Translations under genes and position numbers: made by a program
Shown here: positions 30,603-41,019 of the stretch, piece after piece
How the letters are laid out: each line of letters opens with the position of its first letter
Position numbering within the stretch: position 1 is the stretch's first letter
Notes under the pieces: generated by a model
What the model was told of the DNA's origin: nothing
Databases searched by the model: none
Seen by the model: only the letters and a program-made list of their open reading frames with translations
Source of the DNA: an uncultured Chloroflexia bacterium
Lineage (GTDB): Bacteria > Chloroflexota > Limnocylindria > QHBO01
Length of the DNA: 64,000 nt
Direction: 5' to 3'
Assembly (NCBI GenBank): GCA_963827475.1
Contig: CAWHAZ010000005.1
Span: 512,001 to 576,000 of the forward strand

Positions 30603-31250
30603 GTGCGCGGGGCTCCCAGCGGGAAGGGGTCCAGGAGTCCCGCTGACCCGCCGGCGGGCCCGGTGGCGGGCGACCTTGGCCTGGTTGCCGCAGGTCCGCA
30701 TGTCGCACCACCGCCGCCGGCCGGTGGGGGAGCGGTCGATGAACACCTCCCGGCAGCCGCCGTTGGCGCAGATCCGGAGCCGATGGACGGGGCCGCTGGC
30801 CACGAAGTCAGCCAGCGTGCCGGCGATGGTGGCCCGCGCCTGGTCGAGCTTGTCCCCGACCCGCGCCAGCCCGTACTCGGTTCCTTCCGCGTTCATCTCG
30901 AGCTGGTGGTAGTGGAGGCCGTGGCGCAGGATGTGGTTCAGCTCGCGGACGTTGGCTCGGCTCGGCTGACCGTCGGCCACGATCTCCTCCGACATCGCGC
31001 GGAGAAGGTCGCGCAGGTTCCCGAACCGTTCCATCCGCCGCGCGGCCTCGCCGGGGTCGTCGCGGAGCGTCGCCCGCTCGGCGCTCGCCGCACGCTCCGA
31101 GAGGAGCCGTGCCTTGCGCAGCCACGCCACCAGGGCGTCGCTGTCGGAGATGGAATCGGTTGGCTGGTCGTGGGTGAACATCAGCGTGTTCACGAACCGG
31201 ACCCACAGGTCGTCGGATGGGGGCTCCGGCATGAGCTCTCGAGGGGTCAT
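30600..31250 (-). CDS. ABATE/CGNR zinc finger domain protein
   Basis: FVNT, RLRICANGGC..VFIDRS..RRWCDMRTCGNQAKVARHR. Confidence 0.92.
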   Translation of the reverse strand: MTPRELMPEPPSDDLWVRFVNTLMFTHDQPTDSISDSDALVAWLRKARLLSERAASAERATLRDDPGEAARRMERFGNLRDLLRAMSEEIVADGQPSRANVRELNHILRHGLHYHQLEMNAEGTEYGLARVGDKLDQARATIAGTLADFVASGPVHRLRICANGGCREVFIDRSPTGRRRWCDMRTCGNQAKVARHRARRRVSGTPGPLPAGSPAH

Positions 31251-31254
31251 CGCG

Positions 31255-31333
31255 GTAACCATTATAGGTCGTTTGACAAGTTACAGACAACCCCCTACCA
31301 TCCGTAACCGATAAAGGCATTATTAGTAGTTAC
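31255..31333. promoter_or_regulatory. Divergent sigma70 promoters with two GTAAC-N20-GTTAC boxes
   Basis: + strand TTGACA(31273)-N17-TACCAT(31296); - strand TTGTCT-N18-TATAAT(31266-31261); boxes at 31255-31284 and 31304-31333. Confidence 0.75.
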
Positions 31334-31387
31334 CGATGCGTGCTGGATCACCAGCCGGGCGTATCGGTCAGAAAAGGAGGAATGGAG

Positions 31388-31549
31388 ATGAGCCGAGGTC
31401 TGACCTACATGGCCTTGATCGCATCCATCCGCCAGCGCGAGCTGCTTGAGGAGGCGCACCGGAATCGGTACCAGACCGAGCTTCCGCGGCGTCGCCGGGG
31501 CCGCATCTTCGGGATGAGCCTGCCGCGAGCGCTGCGTCGAACGCGATAA
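31388..31549 (+). CDS. Small basic hypothetical protein (53 aa; alternative ATG at 31382)
   Basis: AAAAGGAGG RBS, consensus promoter upstream, terminator downstream; RQRELLEEA helix. Confidence 0.7.
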   Translation: MSRGLTYMALIASIRQRELLEEAHRNRYQTELPRRRRGRIFGMSLPRALRRTR

Positions 31550-31565
31550 GACCAACTCACACGGC

Positions 31566-31601
31566 ACAGACGCCGGGCCGACGGGCCCGGCGTCGCTGTT
31601 T
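31566..31601 (+). terminator. Intrinsic terminator-like hairpin
   Basis: GACGCCGGGCC-GACG-GGCCCGGCGTC followed by GCTGTTT. Confidence 0.7.
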
Positions 31602-31627
31602 GCGCCGCTCTTTCTAGAATGGCCGCC

Positions 31628-33379
31628 ATGCCTCGACCCCGTCCCGTCAAGCGCAGCGACACCGAGGGCCTGTCCAACGCCGAGCTGGCGGCCACCTTCC
31701 GCGAGATCGCGGACATGCTCGACCTGCTCGACGAGGTGCCGTACAAGGCCGTCGCCTATCGGCGGGTGGCCGATGCCATCGAGCGCTACCCGGCCGACCT
31801 GACCCCGCTGGTCGTCGCCGGACGGACGCCGAAGATCGCGGGCGTGGGACCGGCGATCGGCGCGCGCCTGACCGAGCTGGCCACGACCGGACGGCTGGAG
31901 TACCACGAGCGCCTCCGCGCCCAGGTCCCGCCGGGGCTGAGCGAGGTGCTGCGCATCGGCGGCGTCGGCCCGCGGACCGCCCGCCAGCTCCATGTCGAGC
32001 TGGGCATCGCGTCACTCGAGGACCTGCGCGTGGCGGCGGAGGCCGGCCGGGTCCGCACCGTGTCGGGGATGTCCGCCCGGACCGAGCAGAACATCCTCGA
32101 GGGGATCGCCCGGCTGGACCGGGTGTCGGACCAGCGGCTCCTCCTTCACGAGGCCGATCGGGTGGCGAACGAGCTCATCGCCGCCCTGCGCGAGGTCAAG
32201 GGCGTGTCCCGGATCGAGGCTGCCGGGTCGCTCCGCCGGCGGCGGGCCACCATCGGCGACCTCGACCTGCTGGCCGCCAGCACCAGGCCGGCGGACCTGG
32301 TGGCCGCGTTCGAGGGGCTGGAAACCGTGTCGCGGGTCGTGGCGTCGGGAACGGACAAGGCCAGCATCGTCCTCGCGGCCGACGGCGACCGCCAGGTGGA
32401 CCTCATGCTGTGCCGCCCCGAGGCATGGGGCACCCACCTCGTCCACTTCACCGGCAGCAAGGAGCACAACGTGGCGCTCCGCGAACGGGCCCTGGATCGC
32501 GGCCTGTCCCTCAGCGAGAAGGGATTCCGGGACGTGGACAGCGGGGAGCTGCTGCTCGCCGCCGACGAGGAGGAGGTCTACGCCCGGGTGGACCTGCCGT
32601 GGATCGCGCCGGAGCTGCGCGAGGGAGAGGGCGAGATCGCGGCCGCGGTGTCCGACCACCTGCCCCGCCTCGTGGAGCGGGCCGACGTGCGCGGCGACAC
32701 CCATACCCATTCGGACTGGACCGATGGCGTGGACACCATCGAGACCATGGCCCGCGCGGCACGCGACCGTGGGCTGGAGTACATGGTCCTGACCGATCAC
32801 TCGCCGTCGCTGGGCGTGACCCGGGGCCTGACCCCGGATCGGATCGTGGAGCAGAAGGTCGAGCTGGATCGGCTCAACGCCGAGCTTGCCCCGTTCCGGA
32901 TCCTGCACGGCACCGAGCTCGAGATCCGCTCCGATGGCTCACTGGACTACCCCGACGAGCTGCTCGCCACCTTCGACGTGGTGGTGGCCAGCATCCATAC
33001 CGGCCGCAGCCAGCCCACGGAGCAGCTGACCCGACGCGCCCTGTCGGCCATCGAGAACCCCCACGTCGACATCATTGCCCACCCCACCGGGCGGATCGTG
33101 AACCGCCGCGACCCGGTGTCGTACGACTGGCCGCAGGTGTTCGAGGCGGCGGCCCGGACCGGGACGCGGCTCGAGATCAACGGCAGCCCCCGGCTCGACC
33201 TCGACGAGCGGCTGGCGCGGGACGCGGCGCGGGCCGGCGTCCAGCTCACCCTCGCCAGCGACGCGCACCGCACCGAGGAGCTGGTGTACCTCGACTACGC
33301 GGTGGGCGTCGCGCGGCGGGCCTGGCTCGAGCCGGAACAGGTCGCCAACGTGGTGGGCGCCGAGGAATGGCGCCGATGA
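31628..33379 (+). CDS. polX: DNA polymerase/3'-5' exonuclease PolX (PolX + PHP)
   Basis: GSLRR..TIGDLDLL, QVDL, HFTGSKEHN; PHP motifs HTHSDWTDG, TDHS, AHPTGR, SDAH. Confidence 0.95.
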   Translation: MPRPRPVKRSDTEGLSNAELAATFREIADMLDLLDEVPYKAVAYRRVADAIERYPADLTPLVVAGRTPKIAGVGPAIGARLTELATTGRLEYHERLRAQVPPGLSEVLRIGGVGPRTARQLHVELGIASLEDLRVAAEAGRVRTVSGMSARTEQNILEGIARLDRVSDQRLLLHEADRVANELIAALREVKGVSRIEAAGSLRRRRATIGDLDLLAASTRPADLVAAFEGLETVSRVVASGTDKASIVLAADGDRQVDLMLCRPEAWGTHLVHFTGSKEHNVALRERALDRGLSLSEKGFRDVDSGELLLAADEEEVYARVDLPWIAPELREGEGEIAAAVSDHLPRLVERADVRGDTHTHSDWTDGVDTIETMARAARDRGLEYMVLTDHSPSLGVTRGLTPDRIVEQKVELDRLNAELAPFRILHGTELEIRSDGSLDYPDELLATFDVVVASIHTGRSQPTEQLTRRALSAIENPHVDIIAHPTGRIVNRRDPVSYDWPQVFEAAARTGTRLEINGSPRLDLDERLARDAARAGVQLTLASDAHRTEELVYLDYAVGVARRAWLEPEQVANVVGAEEWRR

Positions 33380-34165
33380 GCGTCGTCGTCGACGGCCGGC
33401 GCCTCATCCGCAGCTGGCGCGTGCTCGGCTCGCGAGCGATGAAACGGGCCGGACCCGTCGTCCTGCCGCTGCTGATGGCCGCCCTGGTGGCCGCCGGCTG
33501 GTCGGTCGACATGGTCGCCCTTGCCGCGGTCGTTGCCCTCGAGCTCGCCCTCGCCGGTCTGGGCACCGCCGCCCTGCTGGGCGCGGCGAGCCCGAACACC
33601 GGCTACGCGCGGTACGCGATCTTTGCGGTGACCGCGGTGTCGGTCACGCTCGCCGGGCGGCTCCTGCCGCCCGGCATCGGTCCGCTTGCCGCGCCGCTGG
33701 CATGGGCGTTCCTGTTCTGGGTCCTGTACATCGAGCGCCACGGCCCGGCGATGCCCGGCTATCGCCTGTCGCTGGACGTCACCCTGGTCCTCACCGTGTT
33801 CTCGGCCACGGCCGGGATGGGCGGGCTCCTGCCCGCGGAGCTGTGGCTGCTCGGGCTGATCCTGTTGGGCGCGCTGGTCGCCGTCCCGTGCCTGCGCGCG
33901 GCGGAGGCCCGCGGGGCCCTGGGCGCCACCGCCGTGGGCCACGCCCTGCTCCATCTGCTCGTCGTGCTCCAGGTGGCGACCGCCATGATGCTGCTCGAGC
34001 TGCCGTCGCCGGTCGGGCCGGCGCTGGTGGCGCTCACCTTCCATTCGTGGAGCGGCGCCGCCGACGCGCTGGAGTCGGGCGTCTCGAACCGGGCCGTCGA
34101 TCCTGGAGTACGGCTCGCTGGCGGCCATCGGCGCGATCGTGGCCCTCTTCCTGAGCGGCACCTGA
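33376..34165 (+). CDS. Multi-pass membrane protein of unknown function (frameshift near 34100)
   Basis: ATGA overlap with polX; about 8-9 hydrophobic helices; the final helix ILEYGSLAAIGAIVALFLSGT* lies in the shifted frame. Confidence 0.7.
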
Positions 34166-34191
34166 GCGGCGCGCGACTCGGCTCGTTTTCG

Positions 34192-34221
34192 TTGACACCG
34201 TGCGGCGCTGGGTGATACAAA
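34192..34221 (+). promoter_or_regulatory. Possible sigma70 promoter for the TPR gene
   Basis: TTGACA at 34192, then TG-n-TACAAA; the -10 is imperfect. Confidence 0.35.
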
Positions 34222-34301
34222 CTGTCGCCCTCCGACGGTTCCGCAGGCCGCACGCGGCGCCGTTCGCCCACTGACCACGCCGCGGGGAGATTCGCGCGCC
34301 C

Positions 34302-35129
34302 ATGACCGCCGGGGATCCTGACGACAATATCCGTGAGCGCCGCCAGCTGGCGGAGATCGCCGTGGCTCACGCTGCCCGCGGGGAGTGGGAAGCCGCCGCC
34401 GAGACGAACCGCCAGCTCATCGAGCTGGGCGGCGACGTGGACGCCTACAACCGGCTGGGCAAGGCACTGTCCGAGCTCGACCGGCACGCCGAGGCGCTGG
34501 AGGCCTACCAATCGGCCCTCGAGAAGGACAAGCTGAACCGCATCGCGGAGCGGAACATCGAGCGGCTGGAGGCGCTGCTCACCTCGGCCGAAGGGCCGCG
34601 CGGCGACCGGCATGCGACTCGTGCCCCTGCCGCGCTGTTCATCGAGGAGATGGGCAAGACCGGCAGCGCGCGGCTCATCAACCTCGCCTCGGCGAAGCAG
34701 CTGGCGCCCCTGTCGGCGGGCGACGCGATCGAGCTGAAGGCGGCGGACGGCGAGCTGGAGGCGCGGGTGCGCGGGATCAAGGTCGGCCAGGTCGAGCCGC
34801 GGGTGGCGAACCGGCTGCTGGAGCTGATGGCCAACGGCAATCGGTACGAGGCGGCCCTGACCCACGTCCAGGACGAGGACCTGCGGCTGATCATCCGCGA
34901 GACGTTCGCGGACCCATCGAACTTCGGGAAAGTCTCGTTCCCCGGAGCGGCGGCGGGACGGAGCAGTGACGTCCGACCGTACATGAAGGGCAGTGCCCTC
35001 CGGTACGATGACGAAGAAGAGTCGGAGGAGTCCGAAGAGGAGCCGGAGGAGGTCGAGGAGCTCGACACCACCCTGCCGGAGCTCTCGAGCGAGCCCGATG
35101 AGGAAGAGGAACTGCTCGAAGAGACCTGA
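34302..35129 (+). CDS. TPR protein with putative HIRAN-like C-terminal domain and acidic tail
   Basis: TPR DVDAYNRLGKALSEL..ALEAYQSAL; FIEEMGKT; LSAGDAIEL..KVGQVEPRVANRLLELM; E/D-rich tail. Confidence 0.75.
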   Translation: MTAGDPDDNIRERRQLAEIAVAHAARGEWEAAAETNRQLIELGGDVDAYNRLGKALSELDRHAEALEAYQSALEKDKLNRIAERNIERLEALLTSAEGPRGDRHATRAPAALFIEEMGKTGSARLINLASAKQLAPLSAGDAIELKAADGELEARVRGIKVGQVEPRVANRLLELMANGNRYEAALTHVQDEDLRLIIRETFADPSNFGKVSFPGAAAGRSSDVRPYMKGSALRYDDEEESEESEEEPEEVEELDTTLPELSSEPDEEEELLEET

Positions 35130-35134
35130 CCACC

Positions 35135-37972
35135 ATGACCGAGGGCGCCCTCGAACGGAAGAGACTGGACCACGTCGTTCTTCCGCGGCGTCTCCCGGGC
35201 CTGGCGCTGCTCGAGCGCTACTTCCCCTCCCCCGCGGATAACGTCCTCGACGCCGAGCTGGCGTCCTTCGCCGCATCCGGCGACACCGTCCTCGACCCGT
35301 GGTCGGGCACCGGCTGGACGGCCCGGCGCGCGGTGTCGCACGGGATGCGGGTCGTCGCCGCCGAGGCCAGCCCCTTCGCCCAGATGGCGGCCCAGGCGTT
35401 CCTGCTCGCGCCTGAAGTGGCGGCCGTCGACGCCGCGTTCGCCCAGCTCAGCGCCTCGCGTCGGGTGGACATCCCGCTCCGCCAGCACATCGAGGAGCTG
35501 TACGCGTCCCGCTGCCCCGCCTGCAACCGTCCGGTGCTGGTCGAGGAGTTCATCTGGCCCCGGGACGGGGACGCGCCGGGTCGCAAGGTTTACCGATGCA
35601 CCGCCTGCGACATCTCGCTGGGCGGTCCCGACGAGCGGGTCGCGGCGGTGGACGAGGCCGATTACGCCAAGCTCGGGCTGGAGCCGCCCGCGCCGGCCGC
35701 CGAGTCTCCCGCGGTCGAGCCCGCTGCCGACGCCGACGAGGACCTGCCGCCCGCGCCCTTCGGGTTGATCGGTGACCCGCTCCCCGACGATGAGCCACCA
35801 CCCCTCGCGCCGATGGGTGAGCCCGGCGGGCCGCCTCCGCCTCCGGCCCGGCTGCCCGATCCACCGGTCTCGCTCGCGTCGGAGGAGGGCCCGCGCTACG
35901 CATCCACCGTCCGCCCGACACCGATCCCGGCTCCGGTCGGGACCGATCCCCGCCAGGGCCTCGCCTACCAGCAGCTGCAGGACCGCTTCCCCGTGCTCGA
36001 CGACCGGCAGGAGGTGGTGGACGAGCTGCTCGACCTGTACACGTCGCGCAACCTGTATGCCCTGCAGGCCATCGCCAACAAGATCGACGCGGAGTTCCGC
36101 GACCAGCCCCTGGCCGCCGTGTTCCGGCTGGCGCTGGCCGGCTGCCTGCTCCCCGCCAGCCGGCTGAATGGGTATCCGGGGCGCGTGGCGTCGCTTCGGA
36201 TCAGCGGCGGCCACGTCCGACAGCCAGCCTCGCGACACCACCGCGAGGTCAATGTCTGGCGCCTGTTCGAGGCCTCCTACCAGGACGTGCGGACCGCCCT
36301 GGCGGCCCTCGGCCGCGACCGGCGGCCGGTGCGGTTCGCCGCCGACCTCGACGAGCTGGGGGGCATGGCCGCCGCCAACCTGCTGTGGATCCGCTGCCGC
36401 CCCGCGGTCGTCGGCCAGTACCTGCCGCCGGAGAGCATCGACCTGGTCATCGGTGCGCCGCCGCCGCCGGAGTCGGTGGACGAGCTGTCGTTCGAGTACC
36501 TCGCCACCGCATGGCTGCTCGGCCGGGAAGCGGCCGAGACCCTGCGCCTGGAGCCGCTGTTCGGCGGCGGGTCACGGGCCGATGGGGCGGAGGTGACCGC
36601 CTTCCGCCACGCGCTCGCTTCTGCCGCGGGAGCGCTGAAGCCGGGCGGCTGGTTCTCCGTCCTGCTCGAGGGGGACGATCCGGACCGGGTGCTGGCGGTG
36701 GCGATGGCCGGGGCCGCGGCCGACCTGGAGCTCGTCCACGCCATTCCCCGCGAGTCCGCGCGGTCCGGTGACGCGGTCACGCTCCACTTCCGCCGGGCCT
36801 CGGCGGAAGACCGGCTGCGCGACGCGGTGCGGCCGCGTCCGCTGCGGCTGGGGGCGAGCGACGGCCACCTGACCTATCCCGAGCTGGCCGGGGCGATCGA
36901 GAAGGCCACGGTCACGCTCCTCCGCGATCGGGGCGAGCCGGCGGGGCTGAGCCGGATCGCCTGCGCGGTGCTCCTCGAGCTCGAGCGGACGGGCCTCCTC
37001 CGCCGCCTGGTCCAGGCCCGGCCACCCGGCGAGGGGGAGGACGACGAGGCCGCCGGCGGGGAGGTGGTGACCGACCGCGTCGAGCGCGGCGGCCCCGCCC
37101 TGCTCGCCGTCCTCCTGCGCGAGGAGCTGTGGCGCGAGGACCACCCCACCCTGCTGCGCGTCGGCGATCCGCAGAACCCCGGCTGGTGGCTGCGCGAGCC
37201 GGAGCTGGCGGCGGACGGTCCGCTGGCCGACCGCGTGGAGTGGGCGACCTTCTCCCTGCTCACGACCGCCGGCCGGCTGGACGAGTCCTCCTTCCTCGAC
37301 CGGATCTTCGCCCTCTTCCCGGGGATTGCCTCGCCCGACGAGGAGCTGGTCCGCGCCTGCCTGGGTGCCTATGCGCAGGTGGACGATCGTGGGCAGCTGC
37401 ACCACGAGGAGGACCTCGCGGTTCGCGTCGCGGACCACACCCGGGTGCTGGCCGCGATCATCGAGTTCGGCCACCGCCTGGGCCTGCGGGCCTGGGTCAG
37501 CCGCCGCGAGCAGGAGCGGCCGTGGCAGCAGGCCACGCTGGGCGACCTCCTCAAGGAGGACGAGCGACGCACCTACCTGCCGCTCGTCATCCGGGCCCCG
37601 GCCGAGGTGCTGGGCGCGGTCGACGGGCTGTGGTACGTCCGCAACCGGTCCTCTTACCTGTTCGAGGTGGAATGGACCGCGATGCTGGGCGAGGCCGTGC
37701 TCCGGCGCGGCTCGCAGGTCCCCACCTCCGACCAGCAGGCTCGCTTCCTCGTCATCCCGGCCGAGCGGACGGACCTGCTCCGCCTGAAGCTCGCCCGCTC
37801 CCCGTGGGCGCGAACCGAGATCGAGCGCCAGAACTGGCACGTCCTGAAGTGGCCGCATCTCGAGGCACTGGTCGCCCGCGAGGGGGCGCGAATCGAATGG
37901 CTCGAGCCGATGATCGGCCTCGACCCGCTGGTCGAGCGAGGCGGCAAGCAGCTCACCATGTTCGGGGAATAG
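35135..37972 (+). CDS. 945-aa degenerate DNA methyltransferase / zinc ribbon / PD-(D/E)xK-like fusion protein
   Basis: Motif I VLDPWSGTG; CPAC..CTAC; motif IV position reads GAPPP; LKPGGW; C-domain VDGLW..FEVEWT; ends QLTMFGE. Confidence 0.75.
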   Translation: MTEGALERKRLDHVVLPRRLPGLALLERYFPSPADNVLDAELASFAASGDTVLDPWSGTGWTARRAVSHGMRVVAAEASPFAQMAAQAFLLAPEVAAVDAAFAQLSASRRVDIPLRQHIEELYASRCPACNRPVLVEEFIWPRDGDAPGRKVYRCTACDISLGGPDERVAAVDEADYAKLGLEPPAPAAESPAVEPAADADEDLPPAPFGLIGDPLPDDEPPPLAPMGEPGGPPPPPARLPDPPVSLASEEGPRYASTVRPTPIPAPVGTDPRQGLAYQQLQDRFPVLDDRQEVVDELLDLYTSRNLYALQAIANKIDAEFRDQPLAAVFRLALAGCLLPASRLNGYPGRVASLRISGGHVRQPASRHHREVNVWRLFEASYQDVRTALAALGRDRRPVRFAADLDELGGMAAANLLWIRCRPAVVGQYLPPESIDLVIGAPPPPESVDELSFEYLATAWLLGREAAETLRLEPLFGGGSRADGAEVTAFRHALASAAGALKPGGWFSVLLEGDDPDRVLAVAMAGAAADLELVHAIPRESARSGDAVTLHFRRASAEDRLRDAVRPRPLRLGASDGHLTYPELAGAIEKATVTLLRDRGEPAGLSRIACAVLLELERTGLLRRLVQARPPGEGEDDEAAGGEVVTDRVERGGPALLAVLLREELWREDHPTLLRVGDPQNPGWWLREPELAADGPLADRVEWATFSLLTTAGRLDESSFLDRIFALFPGIASPDEELVRACLGAYAQVDDRGQLHHEEDLAVRVADHTRVLAAIIEFGHRLGLRAWVSRREQERPWQQATLGDLLKEDERRTYLPLVIRAPAEVLGAVDGLWYVRNRSSYLFEVEWTAMLGEAVLRRGSQVPTSDQQARFLVIPAERTDLLRLKLARSPWARTEIERQNWHVLKWPHLEALVAREGARIEWLEPMIGLDPLVERGGKQLTMFGE

Positions 37973-37994
37973 CCCCGCGCTTGACGGGCGTTCG

Positions 37995-38040
37995 TATAGT
38001 CGGGTCCGGGAGTGCCGTGGTTCCCCCCTGCGGCACTCCC
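37995..38040 (+). other. -10 box TATAGT followed by a 13-bp hairpin with C-rich loop (candidate sRNA or terminator)
   Basis: GGGAGTGCCGTGG-TTCCCCC-CTGCGGCACTCCC at 38008-38040. Confidence 0.45.
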
Positions 38041-38059
38041 ACTGCGCTGTCGGCGCAGG

Positions 38060-38422
38060 TCAGGCCGTTCGGCTCGCCCTCCGACCGGGGAGCGCGCGAC
38101 GCCGGCTCGGGCGTCCCACCGCCCGGCGCACGACCTGCATGACCTCCTCGACGTAGGGCTGCCCCTGCCCGCTGTCGATGGCGTGGGCCAGGCAGCCGTC
38201 GATGTGGTCCTCGAGCACCAGCATCGCGACTCCATCCGCGGCCGCGGTCATGGCCTCGACCTGCTGGAGGATGTCGAGACAGTAGGCCTCGTTCTCGACC
38301 AGTCGCTGAAGGCCGCGGGCCTGGCCTTCGATCCGGCGCAGGCGGTTCAGGAGCTCCTTCCGGTCGCGGGTGTAGCTGTGTCGAAAGTGGGCGGCACCAG
38401 TCGCGGAATCGTGCGTGTCCAT
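38060..38422 (-). CDS. csoR: CsoR/RcnR family metal-sensing repressor
   Basis: [24 protein letters not shown] (C-H-C ligand set). Confidence 0.9.
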   Translation of the reverse strand: MDTHDSATGAAHFRHSYTRDRKELLNRLRRIEGQARGLQRLVENEAYCLDILQQVEAMTAAADGVAMLVLEDHIDGCLAHAIDSGQGQPYVEEVMQVVRRAVGRPSRRRALPGRRASRTA

Positions 38423-38437
38423 ACTCCGGGGCAGTAT
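38421..38437. promoter_or_regulatory. CsoR-type operator ATACT-CCGGGGC-AGTAT
   Basis: TAC...GTA palindrome flanking a G tract, overlapping the csoR start codon and -10 box. Confidence 0.55.
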
Positions 38438-38490
38438 GCGCGGGGGTCCGCGCATCGGTCAACGCGGGAGGCTGCCGATACGATGCCGGC

Positions 38491-40571
<2,081 letters not shown>

Positions 40572-40575
<4 letters not shown>

Positions 40576-40985
40576 CCCGGCAGGAACGAGAGCCGGACCC
40601 GCCGATCGCCCCGGTCGGCATTCGGGTCCAGCAGGGCGATCGACTGCCAGGTGCCCAGCGCGAGGCGACCGCCGAGCACCGGCACCGCGAGCGACGGGGA
40701 AGCCAGCAGGGGCAGGACGTGGTCCGCGCCGTGTCCCGCCGAGCCGTGCTGGTGTCGCCATCGGTCGTCGCGGGGGAGCAGGCGGTCGAGCGCCTCGACG
40801 ATGTCCTCGTCGGAGCCGCTGCCGAGCTCCATCACCACCAGGCCGGCCGTGGCATGGGGCGCGAACAGGTGGAGGATGCCGTCGCCGCCGCCCGCCACCG
40901 ATGCGACGAAATCCGCGCATGCAGCGGTCAGGTCATGGACGCCGCGCCGGCCACCGGTCTGGACGGGAATCTCGAGACTCTCCAC
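40572..40985 (-). CDS. yjbQ: YjbQ family protein (secondary thiamine-phosphate synthase)
   Basis: PHATAG, WRHQHGS.GHGADH, LGTWQ. Confidence 0.9.
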
Positions 40986-41019
40986 GGACCGAGCCTATCG
41001 CGTGTACGATCCGCCGTCG

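Noticed and set aside
35135-37972. Active Type IIG restriction-modification or defence system
   Set aside because: Catalytic DPPY is absent, and there is no partner MTase or specificity subunit and no defence-island context.
37981-38000. TTGACG...TATAGT as a sigma70 -35/-10 pair, or TGACGGGCGTTC as a LexA box
   Set aside because: The spacer is only 8 nt, and the LexA-like site has two mismatches in one half.
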